Shown here: one piece after another, positions 40,801 to 55,800 of the stretch | How the letters are laid out: each line of letters begins with the position of its first letter | How positions within the stretch are numbered: position 1 is the stretch's first letter | DNA from: Giardia intestinalis | Lineage: Eukaryota | Strand: one strand, 5' to 3' | DNA length: 64,000 nt | NCBI GenBank assembly: GCA_000002435.2 | Contig: CM018791.1 | Translations under genes and position numbers: made by a program | Notes under the pieces: generated by a model | Databases searched by the model: none | Seen by the model: only the letters and a program-made list of their open reading frames with translations | Told to the model about the DNA's origin: nothing

Positions 40801-43800
40801 TTTGAGACAAACACATTTGACGAAATACTAGACAATCCCAGGCGCATAACCTTCTTGCCCAAATGGCCACTCTTCATCCGGGGAATCTTGGAAGCTGTGG
40901 CAATCATCAATAGATTCATAACAGCAACGGATCTTTCCATGCATTCGGAGATTCTCACAAACGTTGCCCTTCGAGATGATAAGTTGCGGTACAACATGAA
41001 CAAGTTGGCACTGCTTCATAGCCTAAGCTCAGACATAGGGCTGAAGGCTCTTAAAGCTTGGCTAAAGGATTCATTAGAACACTGTCACCAACTTAAGTGC
41101 TTTGTTCTACGCTTGTCGGAACAGTGTGCGCCATCCATGCTATCATTGTATATGTCGGATACGCTCTTTAATTCTTTAGCAAAGGCCTTACTCAGTCGCG
41201 TGACCGTGACTTATGAAGTTAATGCCCCACAGCATGCTTTGCAATTTGCTTTAGAGCTGGAGCTGCTTGGTCGCTTTGGGATTTTGAGGATTACAGAGCC
41301 TTTTATGTGTCGCTTTCTATTGAAGGAGGATTTTCTTTCGCTAATTGATGTAATCTATACAGAGTTGCAGAATCCCGAGGACCCTCTAGAGACACTACTT
41401 GTTGGAGCTTCGTTCGTGGGAGAGAGTGTCAATACTCCTGAGCACGAGAGACTCTCAGTGGAGTTGCTATCACAATCATTCTCTGGGCCTACCGATTCAA
41501 TCTCTAGCAGTGCCAGTGCTGGAAGCGAACTTCGAAGACCCCTACTCTCCAAGTCTGAACCAGGCCTTGACCATAACTTAGCAGCATTACATGCGTCTTC
41601 ACAGGAGCAAGCAAGACCAAGTAATATCTTATTCGCCAAAGTTTTTATTAGTAACTATGCTTCCATAGTCTCTAGAGTTAAGGTGCTTGTGTCTCTTGTA
41701 CATGAGATTCTTCGCACCCGTAGACGCTATTCGAATATACTATTTGCAAACCCATTTCTCCTATTATTTGCAGGGTCGCATTACATTTTGATAGAAAAGG
41801 AGTTGGAGCTGTTCGCCGCTAAGTTTGATTGGCTTTCCACCGAGTTTCAGGTGACCGCTGAGCGCGTCTACAAGGCCGTCCACAAACTGGACAGCTTTGT
41901 TATTGCCCTTCAGTTCATTATGAAGGGTGTTCTTCGCCCCATTTTTAGAGAGCTTCGCAAACCAGCAGCAATTCAGAGGTCTGGTAATAAGCAATGCTCA
42001 CTTGCAGAACTAGAAACAGGACTCATGAAATATGCCCTTCAGCGAAATCTCTTCGTAGATGCTTCTGTCAATCGTCTTATTGACGCTATCAACCGATGCC
42101 AATCGATTCACGATGAATATTATCCATCTGGAAAGCTAGCTCTACACTACTATTCTCTCTTTGTCTACATTCTAGGTCCACTTAGACAGAGCCAAGTACT
42201 AGACCGAGCCGGAATAACCGACAGCGAAGCAAGAACCATGTTTTCTAATGCACAGAGCTCGCTTCAAGAAGTATACAAGCAAGCTGTTGTTCATCCAACG
42301 GAAGTCCTTACCATTTGTCGCCATGTGCAGATCATGCTTCACGAGGAGCTGTATGCGGTTGTAAAGACCCAGATTTCTCAGGCACTCTTATACCATATTG
42401 AAAAGCTCTCATCTTCGCTGTTACACGTCATTATAAATCCACAGACGGGGCCTGTCATTTTGTTGACGTTAAACAGGACTGCTTCAACATTTACCACCAG
42501 CCCCGATTATACACTGCTGCCAATAATCATATACACTATTATATCTAGCCTTAAAGTTATCCTGAGCTCGGCGATTCATTCTGCGTGCAGCCGAGTGAGA
42601 GCAAATCTGAGCTTGCCAGGGATGGCGGGGGCCTACAAATCGGTAGAGTCAAATCCACTCATTATGCGTTATGAACCTGAGTCCAAAAATCCCTTTGATA
42701 TCTGCAATATAGATGATGATCCTCTTGTGCGTGCCGTCAAACTGGAACACATGTCTCCAGCACCCCACTTAAGATCGAAGTCTGTCACGCCTCTGTCCCG
42801 CTCCAGAGAGCTTCGTGAACAGCTCCTGACATCCCCCTGTCCACGGTCTTTGAGTCAATCGATTGCACGCAGATCTGCTATGTTCGAAGAACTGGCCATC
42901 CTGAGCGCCATACAACACGAGACCGATATTGGGGATAATTCGATAAGTCTTTTGCAAACGTATACCAAAGTAGATAGCGTCATAGTCGAGCAGAATATCG
43001 ACTATGTCGAACTATTAGGTGTGTCCCGAGACACGTATGAGCTTTCGCAAGCCTTGCGAATATATGGCACCTTTCATGAGCTATTGATCTTCGTCAAGAA
43101 GCTTATTCGGTCCTTTGATGCAGCGTCTTCGTCGTTCTCAGTCGCACAAAAGACGTGTCAGCAACAGCTTCTTGCTGGGGCTACTGATGCGACACAAGGT
43201 AACTATCTGGAGGCATATCATGAGATGATTCGGGCAGCTTCACTGTCTAACCGAACCATCGGCACACTGATGGAGGCGCATCCTTTGACTACTTTCTACG
43301 CCAAGAATCCTGTCGGCTCCGTGGTTAAGATAAAAGCCTTACATAACTTCCAGGACACCGGCTACCTATTTAGCCGTCTGTCTCTTCTGGAGAACGACCT
43401 GCACTTGACACTGCAAGCAATAACTCTTCTTGACGTTCTCAGCATTGAGCTGATCAAGCTGAGCGATGCAGCTGCTGGCGTGCTCGACAGCAGAGACGCA
43501 ATCCAGATGATCAAGCATGACCTGGATACCAAGCGGCTCTCGGAGGCCCACAGCTTTCGCCTGAAGCTGATGCTCTTTGTAGAGACGCTCTATGATGTAT
43601 TCAAGCGGCTGTCTCCGGAGCTTGTTCTCAAAATAGAACAGGACGTCTCGTTTGACTACCTTTCTCGCGTGCTTCACGGTATAAAGACCTTTGAAATCCT
43701 CAATAATATAGTTCTTGACTTTGTGCAGGTCTTAGAGCATCTCTTGGAATTCATTCCAGAGCGTGCTTATTATCACGAGAGGCTAGAGCTGCTCTTTCCT

Positions 43801-46800
43801 TTGGATGACATGTTTATCGGAAATATTAATCTTCTCTCTGTTAACATTACTAAGGTAACGAACGATGTGCGAACATTTATTAAAGAAAAGTACCCAAAGT
43901 TCACAGAGTCCATAATTACGCAAATAAAGTACAGCTACGGGGACTGCCAACTACTAAGAAACTATCTTACGGAAGCATCTCCGTGCTCAAATGTTTTCAA
44001 ATCGTTTGGAGAACTGTGGGGACAACGATACCTGGTCCAGCTAAAGCCGTACCTACTTTCCAATATTACTGAGTTTACGTGGGGGAGCACCAATCTGTAT
44101 CGGCAGATGTCTGACTATAACCCCGACGTTCCGTCATGTGACGAGTCCACCAGTTTATTCAATAGTTCTGGCAGCGAGTGCGAAGATAATTGTGACATAG
44201 AGGGGAATGGCTCACGGCAAACACTTATTCACGGATCAGGCAACACCGTGGATGCCGCGACTTCTAGTATCTTGCCATCGACCAAATTCTCTTCGCGCAC
44301 AACGTTTCTAGATGAGGATTCAACAAAGTTGCTGTACAAGCGTGGAAGACACGAGCTCTCCTTGCGCAAAGCTCCTCAGCGATTCCGCGGAGTGTCTCCG
44401 GCTCAACGAGATCCGGAAGAAAGCTACTCGGACACATTTAAGCATGACTTTGAACCACTGGATGCGGCAACAGATGTGCAACCTTACAACTTCTTAAGCA
44501 TAAATATTCGATGCATGCTCGCTGACATCCATAATGTGCACACAAAGGCGCTCAGCGCAGAGTTGATCCACCAGTTCAGGCACGCATTGTTTTCATGTAT
44601 CAAGCCGTTAGGAGAAGAGACCTACTATATTGTAAGCAACGTGTTCAAAGAGGCTCTATGCCTGCCTCAGTTTACAGAAATATGCGTGACTGACACTGAT
44701 ATCGCAAGCATTCTTCCCTCTTCAGAGAACCCCGTCCAGGGTTTATCGCGTAGCAGTCTTAGCCTTCTTCTCAGAAATGAGATCACACACGCTCTCGCAG
44801 ACAGAAGCCTGGGCTCCGCTCTAGGAGGTTCTTCAGATGCCACCGCTTCTAGCCGCCCCACAAAGCCGCTGTGGGTAAGGTTGGTATCGTTCCACACCTT
44901 TCCTAAGGATGACACACGTTTCCTGAGCTCTATTGACTACGATAAATATGTTTATTGCATACAACTTAATGACTCTGATGCCATTCCAACAAACGAGTCT
45001 ATTCAGAAATTTCTCGAGACATACGTGGTATTGCGGAGTTCACCTAATAAGAAAGCGAACCGCATACGGCTCAATAATGTCACCACTATCTCTGAAAGTC
45101 TCTTGTTAATGAATTCTTCAGGCGAATCACACTCTTCAGACAGCAATGACACAGACGATGTGGTGGATCAAGAGCCATATACACAACTATATAAGCTGGC
45201 TATTTGCAATGATGGATCAGCTTGTGCTTCATCGGAGAAGGATGCACACCACAAGGAGACTATTCTGCAGGAACATGGTCTGCACACGATCCCCACCGTC
45301 TTCGGTTCCTACTCTCTTCGCGGATTTATAATTGTCGTCTGGGAGATCACCCAAGTTAATACGCGAGAATATCGCCACCCACCTTTTCTATCCTTTACCA
45401 TGGCGAAGAAGCTCAAGGAGCGACTCTTCGAGAGCATTTTACAATCTAATATTCTCATCCTCCAGCTCAATGAAAAGCTGGAGACATGCACGAAGATTGC
45501 TACCGCGGTTAAAGTTCACGGCTGTCTGGAATTCCTTTCGAAGATACCGGCAGACCAGTATCGCCGCATCCGCGCGGATATCTCGTGCACAAAAGGATTG
45601 CTTGTGCTTTTCACAAGGTTCATCAATCTCATTCTGATCCTCTATAGTTGTTCCTGGAAGATTCTCACCGCAGAAGTAGACTTTTCACTCACTACTCCTG
45701 AAGGACTGATGGCTATAGGAGAGGGTGTATCTCCAGCCTATGAGCAACTCAGAGAGATAGGATCGTCTATCCCAGGGAAGCTCAGTAACCAGATAGCGTC
45801 CATGTCGGCGCTTATGACTGCTATCTACTCGTTGTGGACAGATTATTCTGTTCTCAAAAGGGCCGTGCATGTTCTGCAGACCACCAAATCCAGAATAGAG
45901 GGAATCTCTACATATGATATGACACCCACCGTAGAGCAAGACTCTGTTTTCCTCAATGACTTCTACATCCAAATCCTCACGAACGAGCTTCTGCACAGCA
46001 ACCCTAGTCTGATCAGAAACTCGGGAGAACGCGGGAAATTTACTGCTGGCGGTGTGGAGGGCCTTGATTGTCAACTTCAGGAGAAGATTGATGGAACTTT
46101 TCGAGGAAAGGTGATGATTGGAAAATTTCTATTGACATATCTGCAGCTTTTCTTCTCTTATGCCATGACTATCTCTCTCATGCCATTCCGGCACGAGATT
46201 TCTCACAGGTATTACGAAGTTGCCGGGGAGCTTCTCAGTCTATGCTGCCTGTATAGGGACTTCTTTATACCGCCCCTCAGCACCATGCTGTCCTCTAGAG
46301 TTAAAATCGATCTTTTTACTGAATTGTGCACCACTTGCCTGGAGCCAGCAGATAGTCTAGAAGCACTACCCCTTGGGTGCTATGTTGACACCCTGTTTAC
46401 CCACGAGAACATTGAGTATATTGATAGATACACCTCTGAGGCAAAAGAAACCACCGCTGTGCTGCTCGACTATCATGCACTGCTAACTGAGCATAAGGCC
46501 GTGCTCTCCATTGCGACGTCTAACTATTGGTGCTTCTTCAATGGATTCGAAAATTCTGTGCTTACGCCCATATCTTGCCTCATACTGCTTAGGGAAGAAA
46601 AGGTTCAACATCTTTGCAATCTGATTCTCAAAGTCAAGCATCGTTTGCAGTCCATTGTAACCCGCTTTAACCGCTTCAGGTCGCTCCTCTGCACATCACC
46701 CGAATATCGGTCGCTCCTCGATGTTTATACCAGAACGAATCTGCTGCTGAAACTCCTATCTCTGATGAAGAAATCTGGCCATCAAATCGAGAGCGTGCTC

Positions 46801-49800
46801 AAGGCTGCTCTTCTTATACGTGCAGACGTGCCTGCCCGTCTTTCATCTGAGCAGTGCACTAGAAGATATGCACCAAACTACTTTGATATCGTTGACGAGA
46901 GAGTTTGGGACGCAGGCCACATTCCGCTGCTTTTCAATGTAGATCAATACAAGGCTATCTCAAATACTCATCTTCAACTGACTGCTAAGCCAAGGGTCAG
47001 TGCTGCTGGACATCAGGAGAGTGACCTTACAGTCTCAGGAAGCTTAAGCGTAACAAGCATCCACAGCGGGCCAGATGCATCCGTTGTAACATCTGAGTAT
47101 GATAGGCATCAGGACATGTCTCCGTCAAATTCTTTGGGCAGTGAGCTTCGGGTGGCAGAGCTCCTCGCCATGGCAAAGCCCCGGGCACCTCTAGATAGCC
47201 CATTTGAACCCAATGACTTGAAGGACACACAATTATACAGCACAAACATCTTTCTAAATCAAAGTAATGCAGTAAGGACCGTGCCATGCTATATAAAAGA
47301 CCCCGGTACTAATCTAATCTCAATTCATCCTCTAATCAAGTCGCTCAGCACACAATTTACAGCTCTGGCTCCTCAATCTGCAAGCTCCACAGAGGCCCGC
47401 CCATTCTTGCTTCAGTGCGAAACTTCTTTGTCAGGAGTCGAAGAGAATTATGCGTTTACCAAACACTCCACTATTGCGGCTCCAGACCGTCCACTCTCCA
47501 ATGACCAGTTCAAGCAATACCTATCCGCAGCCCCTGAGACCTCTTTTCCCTACGAAGAGGTCAACAATGTCTATGTGCGATGGCCGAGCATCTTTACCAA
47601 GGTCAATGCTGACCTTTCTTCGTCTGGATCTGGAGTTGTTAGCATCAAGTACACTATAACAGAACTTGAGTCGTTTATTTCAGCGGCTGAAATATCTTTT
47701 GCGGCCTTCTTTGATCGTTGGAGACGCTTCTATCCTCCTCTACTTTCATTGAGTGACGCCGAAATGCTTCAGCTCTATACCTATACCTACGACAAAAACG
47801 TCTTGATGGATGAGTCATATTACGCCCTGCTTACCTCCAACAATCACCTGTACATTGCTCCCTTGGAATTTGAGTCAGAGTTGACGCAAAAGCACTTTGC
47901 ATATTGTAATAAGTTTAGGGAGAAACTATCTATGGCAGAGTTTTATATGCTGCCCAACCATATGCAGGCTATTTTGGGAAAGTTGTTTCCAATCTCACAC
48001 ATGAGTCAAAGCCCTGGCAATGCCAAAGGCATCTATAGATCTCTGACTTACTACAGTAAGCGAACATCTCTGCAGATTCTTGGCTTTGTCTACGGGATGT
48101 CAAGACGGTGCATTCTTGGTACCTTTCTTTCAGATATGTCTGTGCTGTTATTCACTCAGAAAATTGTGTGCTCTGTCGACGTAGATGATAGAATAGATCC
48201 TGTAAGCTGCTCTGAACTGTTTTACACAACGTTGATGCCAAAGTGTACGGATGATTCAGACTTCCATGCCCGCCCGACTATTCCTCTATCAACGTTTGTT
48301 GTTTTGCCGTACATAGATCAAGAGATAAAAGCATCCATCAAGTATCTCTGTGTCACCTATGCGTGTAGGTACAATCTTGTCCAGACAGATTCGTTTATAA
48401 ACTACCTTACCACGACAATCTCCATTGGGCAGGATATCAAGACCCCAGACAACTTTATTTCGGCGCTCTTTAACCCTGATCCAGCCGTGTTTACTTCATT
48501 TGCGAAGCGCTTGCTGGTTTCTATCCTCGATTTGCAGCCTATCTCCAAGCTCAAGGCATTTGTGAAAGAAGAGTTTTTATTAGCCATAGGCCATTTACCG
48601 GATTGCATTATAATTGATTTGATATTGTGTCGATACACCCTTTTAATCTCCAATTATTTATTGAGCTATTCAATCTCCTATAAGGAAGGTCAAGCTGACC
48701 CCACCAAAACCTTCATAGAAATAGTTGATGAGCTTCACTACTATTCCCGTATATTCTTCCAGCACAGGATCCCCTATCTCCGTGTTGTCATTGAGAGTCT
48801 TTTGCAAGGAGCCTTTGCGATATATAGAAATCACCATGGCCTTCTGGATCTCCTACTAAAAGTTGCCCAATCCGTAGAGCAAGCAGTCAATGATCTCAAA
48901 ATCACTCCACTTTCTGTCTTTATTCACGATCGGTGTACGCTGCTCCTGGCCACGACTCCAGACAATGACTTGGTCGGCGATATCCATGACATCTTTTTAA
49001 GGGCCTCATCGCTCCTTCACCTCCACATGATAGAGCAGGCCCACGCCCAAGATACAGCAATTCACGAGCTTGCATGGGCACTTACTGTTCTATTAGGTGA
49101 GGAGCTTGCTAAATCGACAATAGATTCCAGTGCTAGGTGCATACAAATAGACGCGTCTCTTATTCCCGATGTTACTAGCAAACTGCCGCCCGTACAGATA
49201 GATTTCCCGGACACACGTGGCCTTCTTGCTGGCCTTCTTTTCGGTTACATTGAGCGGCTCCCTACGCCCCTCGTTCTGAAGAGTGCTCCTTCTGTGGAAT
49301 ATATAACAAAACCTCCCAGGTGCTGTTCTCTGGGGGGCTCAGTTATTCCAGACCAGTTGCGCAGCTATATGACTAGCACAGATACAGGTCCGCCTGACTT
49401 TGTGCCTGATCTCTACAGAGAACCTGTCGCCAATCACCACCTATATTCGTATGATGATCCTCTGGTACAGTTGTCCACCTCGTCCTTGTGCAGGTTGTCG
49501 TCTTTTCGTCTTCTTGTTAGAGTGGCGTACGCTTTGGAACTGAAAGAGTTTAACTTAATCTGTCCACACCCAGGGCTCTACTGCTCGTGGATTGTTAGGA
49601 ATACAATAGCTGAGTACACGCTTTGCTCCGTTATCAATAAGGTGTATCGCTGGCCAGATCTATACAGCACTGTCTATACTCCCGAGAATGTCCGACTGTC
49701 CATTTACTTCTTCTCTCTCTTGACAGGGCATTACCTGATTGACAATGAGTCCGATTTATATTCTACCACAGCCGCGTTCCTGCAGAAGCAGGTGGGGGAT

Positions 49801-52800
49801 CTTTGGAGGTCTCTCATATGTGGTAATTACATCATTCTTAGGCAGGAATATATGTACAAACTTAACTCACTACTGATCGGCCTTTATACGAGTATTTCAG
49901 AATTTTCAGGCACACCTCTGACAAGAAAGATGTACCGACAGTCCAACAATATAGGGGTCTTGAACGTTGGCCAATCTAGTCGAGCCTTTATTGCTAACAA
50001 TATCAATCTCATGGTTGTTCCTTTTGAATTGCGTCGGACAGATGTCACTGAATTTTCCGCTACATGTCCAACTGTTATAGGGCCTCTTTCCCGAGTGCTT
50101 GTATTCGGCACGACACCACTAAAGGACACGCGTTATGCGGACTATATTATTGACTGCCTTTTTCCTCCTTCATCGGGCTTAGCTAGATCTAAACTTGTTG
50201 ACAGATACGCATTAGTGGATGAAGCAAGAAAGAGAAGTACCGATGTGACCAGGCCCTCACTCACTGAAGCCTTCAATCTTCTTCCAGTTTCAATATTTGA
50301 GTATTTAGATAAGGCTGATTCTGAGAAGGACCAGTGCTCACCTAGTAGCAAAGCAGCTCTTGATCCGCACACTGAGCGCAACATGGATGTTACGCTTTTT
50401 ACACTATTTGCTCTGTATAATTGCATGGCAGTGTACTGCAAGGTCAAACCAGATTGCAGCGTAATTGACGAGCTGTGCACTTCTCTTGCACAGAAGATTG
50501 TCAGAGTCCTTAGTGTCTTTCATCGGCTTATGGCAACGCCTCCAGATTCCGGACTTCTTGGTGCTGCGACAGTTTTGAGCAGACCAATCATGGAGCTGTG
50601 CATAGCCATCTCCCTGAACCTCATGCGGATGCAGTGTACTGCGGAGCATATTGAAGATGAAGCTTTATCTCTTCTAGCCCTGCTAACTCCAGCTGGAAGC
50701 ACATCGCTGAGCAAACGAATGCTTAATCGTCTGTCATCAGATGCCACCACTCTGGAAAGGGACGAAGCGTTTCTTCGCCTTCTGAAGAGACTATTCCAGA
50801 ATAGCGACGCTCATCTCACTCCATTTGGCAAGGCTGTATGTGCTCATCCACTGGCGGCATTTCTCATGCTAACAAATTACGCCGACACAAGTCTTCTCAA
50901 TGATTTAAGTCTGCCACAAGCCCATCCATGCTATTCTATAGTCGCTCTCACTTCTAATCCCTTTGTCCAAATTGGCTACGCCAGACTTTTGCGTCCATAT
51001 TCTCCGCAGATTGATCGCCTCCAACACGTTTACAGTGTAGCCGATGTTCCTATTGTTGCTCTTATCAGTAAGGTACATAGAGATATGTGCCGCTCTCCCG
51101 CTGTCAAGATACAGGACGAATCTGCGCCTCTGCCGCCAGGACAGCTTAGACATGCTTTGTTTCAGAAATACATCCTGTGCGAGGAGATCCGAGCAGATGG
51201 AAGCGTTGACGTGAAGGTTAACTATCTGTATATCTCTCTCATCTATAGAAGGTTGTTGCAGCTGGCTCAGTTAACAGGTCCACCTGAGATTGTGCTGTCT
51301 GGACAAGTAGTTCTGTTTATCTTAATGATCTATAAGCTCGCTCGGATGCTTTCTTTCAACTTTAGATACATTCTTGTAACAAATGCCTCGAATTCTAACA
51401 CCCTTTATTTGATGACGGAAATAGCCGCGTCTGTCTCGTGCGAAATTGAAGCTAAACCATACTACAGCCCGAATTTCTATATGTGTAAGCAACTCAAACA
51501 GTTGTCTGCTCCTACTCCATGCCCCAAGTACGAAGCCACTGAGCAGCTTGAGCAAATAATTCACCAACGTTATGCACAAGAGAGCACATCGAACCAAGGA
51601 GGTTGCTTGTCCAGTATTCTATCTCCTCTTGCTTCTCGTCGCGCTGTAGCTACACCAGTAATGTCTCAGCCAGAGCCTCCTCGTACGCAGCTAAGAAAAT
51701 CTGGCTTGCAGACTGTGCACCTTCACAACTCAGACCTCAGCGCTGATACGCCGTCCAGCGAGACGTCTAGTTTTACTGACCAGTCCCAGACTGTTGCACA
51801 TCAGCTTCCTTTTGATGCAGCCGGGGGGACGCGTAGGTTTAAACAGTTAGTTGGTACACGGTTGATGAGCTCGCAGCCAGGAGGCTTTGCTTTTTCCTCG
51901 AAAACTGATAACAGCATTGGAGCAGGCGCAGAAAGAAAGCGTAGCTTCCGAAGTAGCTCTGCTTCGGTGATATCCGGCTTCAAGTCGTCAGCAAGAAGTT
52001 TGTCTCGCGGTATAACAAACCAAAGCGTTGATAGGTCGTCGCACTCCATGAAGCGTAAAAGGTCTGCAAGCACAGGGCATCTTTCGTCTTTTGCTAAAGA
52101 AGTCGAGGGAGATACTAGTTTATTATTGAAGACCAAAGATGCAGGGCTGACGTCTTGGTCTGTCCAAAGTGTGTGTCTTGAGTTTCCACGTCGATTCTTT
52201 ACGCGGTTTGCGCCAAAGATCCTTGAGGCCACTAATCAGAACGCAATGGGTAGCGTTAGCTTCTATGACACGCTGACTGGGGAACGGCTTTCTGACATTA
52301 GCGAAGGAAATCATAGAAGGAGCTTGGAACTAACTTTAGAAGATTCTATTGCTAATCTGTATACTCACGATCCGCTTGCAGATTCACAGTCAGCTATTGA
52401 AAAAGAGCAGAATAATACGTTTTCTCAACATGGCAGCCACATGCTAGTTGAGCAATCCAATGGCGCCTTCAATCTGAGTCTTCTCAGAATAGAGTCAAGC
52501 GCTAGAAGAACCTTTGCAAGCCGGATTTTAACGAGCCAAAATGCTGAGACAGATGACTGTCCGCAACTACTTACTTTCACAAATAGTGCCGCCAGGGCCT
52601 ATGATCCTATCTCCCCGGAAGAAGCTACGGTGTTGAACTTTATAGCAGGCCGCCAAGGTCCTCTCTTTATGCCCACTAAGTCTGCAGGTATCAGCAGAGT
52701 TCGTTATATAGCTGTCGGAAGTATCTCGTCAGCGGAGACCATTATGGGCTGGAAGGACTTTACTCCTCAAGTGACGGATGGGCCATATAACAGAATAGCA

Positions 52801-55800
52801 TACCCTGGCAGCAGTGCTTTTTCATTAGATATAGATACTCTCATTACTTGTCTGCCAATTGTTATTTATACTCGTGAAAAGGCAGTCTGGCCGATTTCCA
52901 TACAGGCTCTAACGATCCCTGATGCACTCAACTCTCTAGTGTCTCTTCGACTCTTTCTCACGGATTCCTTACATAATCGGATTTATGGAGAGCAGAATAT
53001 AGAACGGGGACTTTCGAGAGCTCAGCAAGAAGTCTCTCGTGCCGTCACACGACTAGCAAACTCACACCACGTACCCATAATATTACCTCCTCAACCAGGC
53101 ACATTTATCGCTGCACGTGGTGGTGCTCTCCAAGCAGGCAATGAGTCACAAACAAATGAAGGCGCGCATAAAGCAGGCAGTTTAAGTATGAACGTCTATG
53201 GCGGCTCTGTTGTTACCTCGACGGCTGCAGCATCTCATCTCTTTCATGCGCTGACATGCTATGATACTACGAAGAACACATTCCCGTATCTATTTGAGGT
53301 CTACAATGAAACTGTTCTTCAGCACGTATCAGATTGCCTTTGGGCCTATCTCATCCTTCCTCTTCTTCACGAGATATTCATTGTTAACAATCGCAAAAAG
53401 CATTCTAATGATTCCAGCGATATGAGACTGTTTCAAACGCGACACTATGAGTCTTTCGTCGATTACCTTCGGCTGGAATTAGCGGAAATAATCACGCATT
53501 ACACAAATTCTCTCTCTAAGTACCATGTTCTACATGAGAACAAAAGCACATTTATTCTTGTCAATCTCAACACAATTTTTTGCCTGCATCAATCCGAACT
53601 TTACGAACTGTCTAAGATTACACCAAGCACCACTAAACACGAGGCAACCCAGATGTTGCGGGCAGCCCGCTCAGCAATCTCGTCAAGTGACGAGCGGAGA
53701 GCAGACATACTGAAGAATGTTGTGTTCTCGGTTGCATGCTCTGTTTTCAGATATATGTGCACCAAGGCTGCAGTTTCTCCAAAGACATTCGACAAGCTTA
53801 TCAATTACATGCAAATCATTCCTAGCTACAGCATAAACGATCCACTGGAGAAGGTTCTTGCAGAAGCCAATTTAGCCACGAACTACTCTGATTTGCCGGA
53901 AAAATCTGTAACAAAACTCACTTATAATCCCATTAACGATGCATTTAATATGCGTGTAATGGCTCATGTCAACAGAGCGTTGCGCGAACTTTTCCTTTTA
54001 TATCGAGTGGATCCCCCTGCGTCCACAATTAAACAAGATGAAGCCAAGCAGCTGTCTGGCGCAGCTTCCAAAGAGAAAGAGACACGATTTTCTCCATCAG
54101 ATGATTCCCTAGATGACATCCACAAGTTTGAGGACACAGACCTTGAGGTGCACACCAAGGACAGGCGTCCTTCCTATAAGGTTGACTATGAATTAAAGTA
54201 TGAAGTTTCAAACTTCTTTTATGGAGGGCTTTATGGACCCTATCCGTTGATCAATTCTCGCTTCTCACCAGAGCTTCTTTCTTTTGTCCCGTACTGCTTT
54301 CAGGACACGCTGCGGGATGGACATGTCACTAGCTTACCCAAGGAAGCACTTCCTCATGCGCATTTACTAAACAGGATGAAGCGCGCTAAAGGGAGCAGCA
54401 TCTTTCTTGAGAGCTATAAGGCTCCGATTCCTCAATTTCTTAGTTGTGCCTCTGTACTACGTAGTAGAGTGTTGAGCTTCGTGCTGAGCACCACTCAAGC
54501 TTCTTCCGATCCTGTTTTGTTATGTGCTGGAGACTACGAGGCCGATTTGCTTTATCACTGTGGGATAACATCCATCCACCCCGATGAAAACATCTATGGG
54601 TCAACGTCTCATAGTTATCTGATTATGTCCATCGTCGATGAAGACATTCTTTACTCTATTGTCGACTTGACCGAGCACATTTGCAGTCATCACAGTTATG
54701 TCTCATTAATAGGACTTATCATTGTCGTTTCTCAGCAGTTTGTGCAAACAGCTAGGGATTTGCAGTACCTCTACTCGCTCGCACAAACCCTGCCGTCCAT
54801 GATTCATCCCAGAGTCCTCTTGCTTGTTTTTCTCCCGCATAATTTCCTGGAAGCTACACCCTGTCTCCCTTATCGCTACGAAGCGCTGTATGTCCATCCG
54901 CCAACAAGTACCCAGTTGCTTACTGTTGCATCTTACGATCTAATCTATTCAATCGCAGAATCTGACATCGCTTCACGAGACAGTAGGCTTCCACTGAAAT
55001 TCCTGGCAACCTTTGAACCACGTCTCAAGTACGCCAGTTTGCTCACAAAGCAATTACAGGCTGTATTCAGAGACTCCCTTCTCACGCAAAAGGTCCTTGC
55101 GATGGCCTCGAAGCTGATGCTAGATGGGACATTCTTGAATGCACATTCGTTAAGGGTGCCCTCGTGCAGCAATCTTTTGGGGGATATCTTTCTTTTGTCT
55201 GTTAACATAGTCCTGGTGATGCAGAACTATGGTGAAATAGAAGATGCTTCGTTCAAGGAGGCACTACTAGCTGTTATTTATCGATATGTCGTTTCGCCGT
55301 CCCCACGTGACGTTCTGCCGTACTACGATTTTGATGCAGTACCACACACCCTCACTACCATGCCTGCAGATTTTGTCGAGTACGCTGTCAGACTCCTACA
55401 ACCCGGACGGATGTTGCTGGAGTTCTTGCTCCTGGGTGCAGAGAGCTTGGAAAGCGAGTATATCTATACCGCAGTTCTTTCGTCTCTGCGAAGCACTCAG
55501 GTTGCAATTGTAACAGAGGCACAGACCAATGAGTTAGTGGCATCAAACACTCACCTTCTAAGGGTCGGAAAAAGGCCACTTGTCCCTGTATATGCTTCAG
55601 CATCAGCTACATCTGACCTACCAAATTATGGTCAAGCTCTTGTACGTGGTGGCGACCTGCTTCTCTGTAGTGAGGCATATAACGCATCATCCTTCGCTGT
55701 TCACCTGGAGCACTTTGTCTCAACCCGCTGCGTCCGCATGATCCGGCTTTATGCCACGGACAGCGGATCATATATGAAAAGCCTCAAATATGGCCTTCAC

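Noticed and set aside
41960-42010. SGNKQCSLAEL in the giant protein as a candidate dynein AAA4 P-loop (compare GSGKQSLTRLA).
   Set aside because: It lies about 5,000 residues upstream of the stalk motifs, whereas AAA4 should be about 300-400 residues upstream. So this is a chance match. The better AAA4-like block is at about 56.4 kb and has a decayed P-loop.
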